53,015 nt of DNA. It comes from a virus. Taxonomy: Duplodnaviria > Heunggongvirae > Uroviricota > Caudoviricetes. Position numbers and translations under genes: made by a program. Below the pieces are notes generated by a model, which worked only from the letters and a program-made list of their open reading frames with translations, was not told the DNA's origin and ran no database searches. How positions within the stretch are numbered: position 1 is the stretch's first letter; the number at the start of each line of letters is the position of its first letter. The stretch lies in the IMG/VR virus record IMGVR_UViG_3300029305_011445, one strand, 5' to 3'. Shown here piece after piece: positions 52,765 to 53,015 of the stretch.

Positions 52765-52897
52765 AATTTTGAGCTCCTTTTCTTTTTGTTTTAATTATTT
52801 TGATAACTTTAGTTATCTGAATGTAATAAATATGGTTTGTATTGACTGTAAAATAAAAAAGAGAAACGGACAAAATATCCGTTTCTATCCTGTTTAC

Positions 52898-53015
52898 TTA
52901 CTTCATAAATGTTACATCTGTATATGCAACGCCATAATAATGCCCATCTGTTGTTTCAATAATAACTGAATTAGTCCCACAATTGTATGATTTTATAGAT
53001 ACTGTAATTACCGTA
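52898..53015 (-). CDS. Partial CDS (C-terminus) running off the right edge
   Basis: Open frame ending ...GVAYTDVTFMK*, followed by a hairpin terminator. Confidence 0.55.
   Translation of the reverse strand, partial: TVITVSIKSYNCGTNSVIIETTDGHYYGVAYTDVTFMK

Noticed and set aside
15014-52766. Numerous short ORFs antisense to or nested in the major genes (e.g. 15969-16343, 25718-26281, 38828-39520, 50405-50653)
   Set aside because: Shadow ORFs of well-supported genes with no independent RBS or motifs

Overview
AT-rich 53 kb fragment of a large mobile genome, either a big phage or a phage-plasmid/megaplasmid. The gene content points to a Clostridia/Lachnospiraceae-type host. No virion genes lie in the window, and almost everything is on the - strand. 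(1) 0.7-14 kb: an array of about 45 tRNA or tRNA-like genes covering all 20 amino acids, none encoding CCA, several structurally aberrant. Many structured spacers are interleaved, and a 1.4-kb ORF-free block looks like one or two large ornate ncRNAs (ROOL/GOLLD class). (2) 15.6-20.5 kb: a complete four-enzyme deamidating NAD+ salvage route (pncA, pncB, NMN/NaMN adenylyltransferase, nadE) plus a radical SAM gene. (3) 23-33 kb: RecD2 helicase, degenerate DnaQ, degenerate HD-GYP, nuclease, SF2 helicase and a ParM actin with a candidate adaptor. (4) 38-44 kb: a eukaryote-like PARP and two divergent Rep-like genes flanking a 30-31-bp-period repeat array (candidate iterons). (5) 44.4-48 kb: class III RNR nrdD split by two group I introns, one carrying an HNH endonuclease. 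(6) 48-53 kb: HEPN-CBS protein, a second ADP-ribosyltransferase, a nucleotidyltransferase and dUTPase. Two recurring non-sigmaA promoter motifs organise the window. All calls are by eye from motifs and base-pairing; no database search was run.
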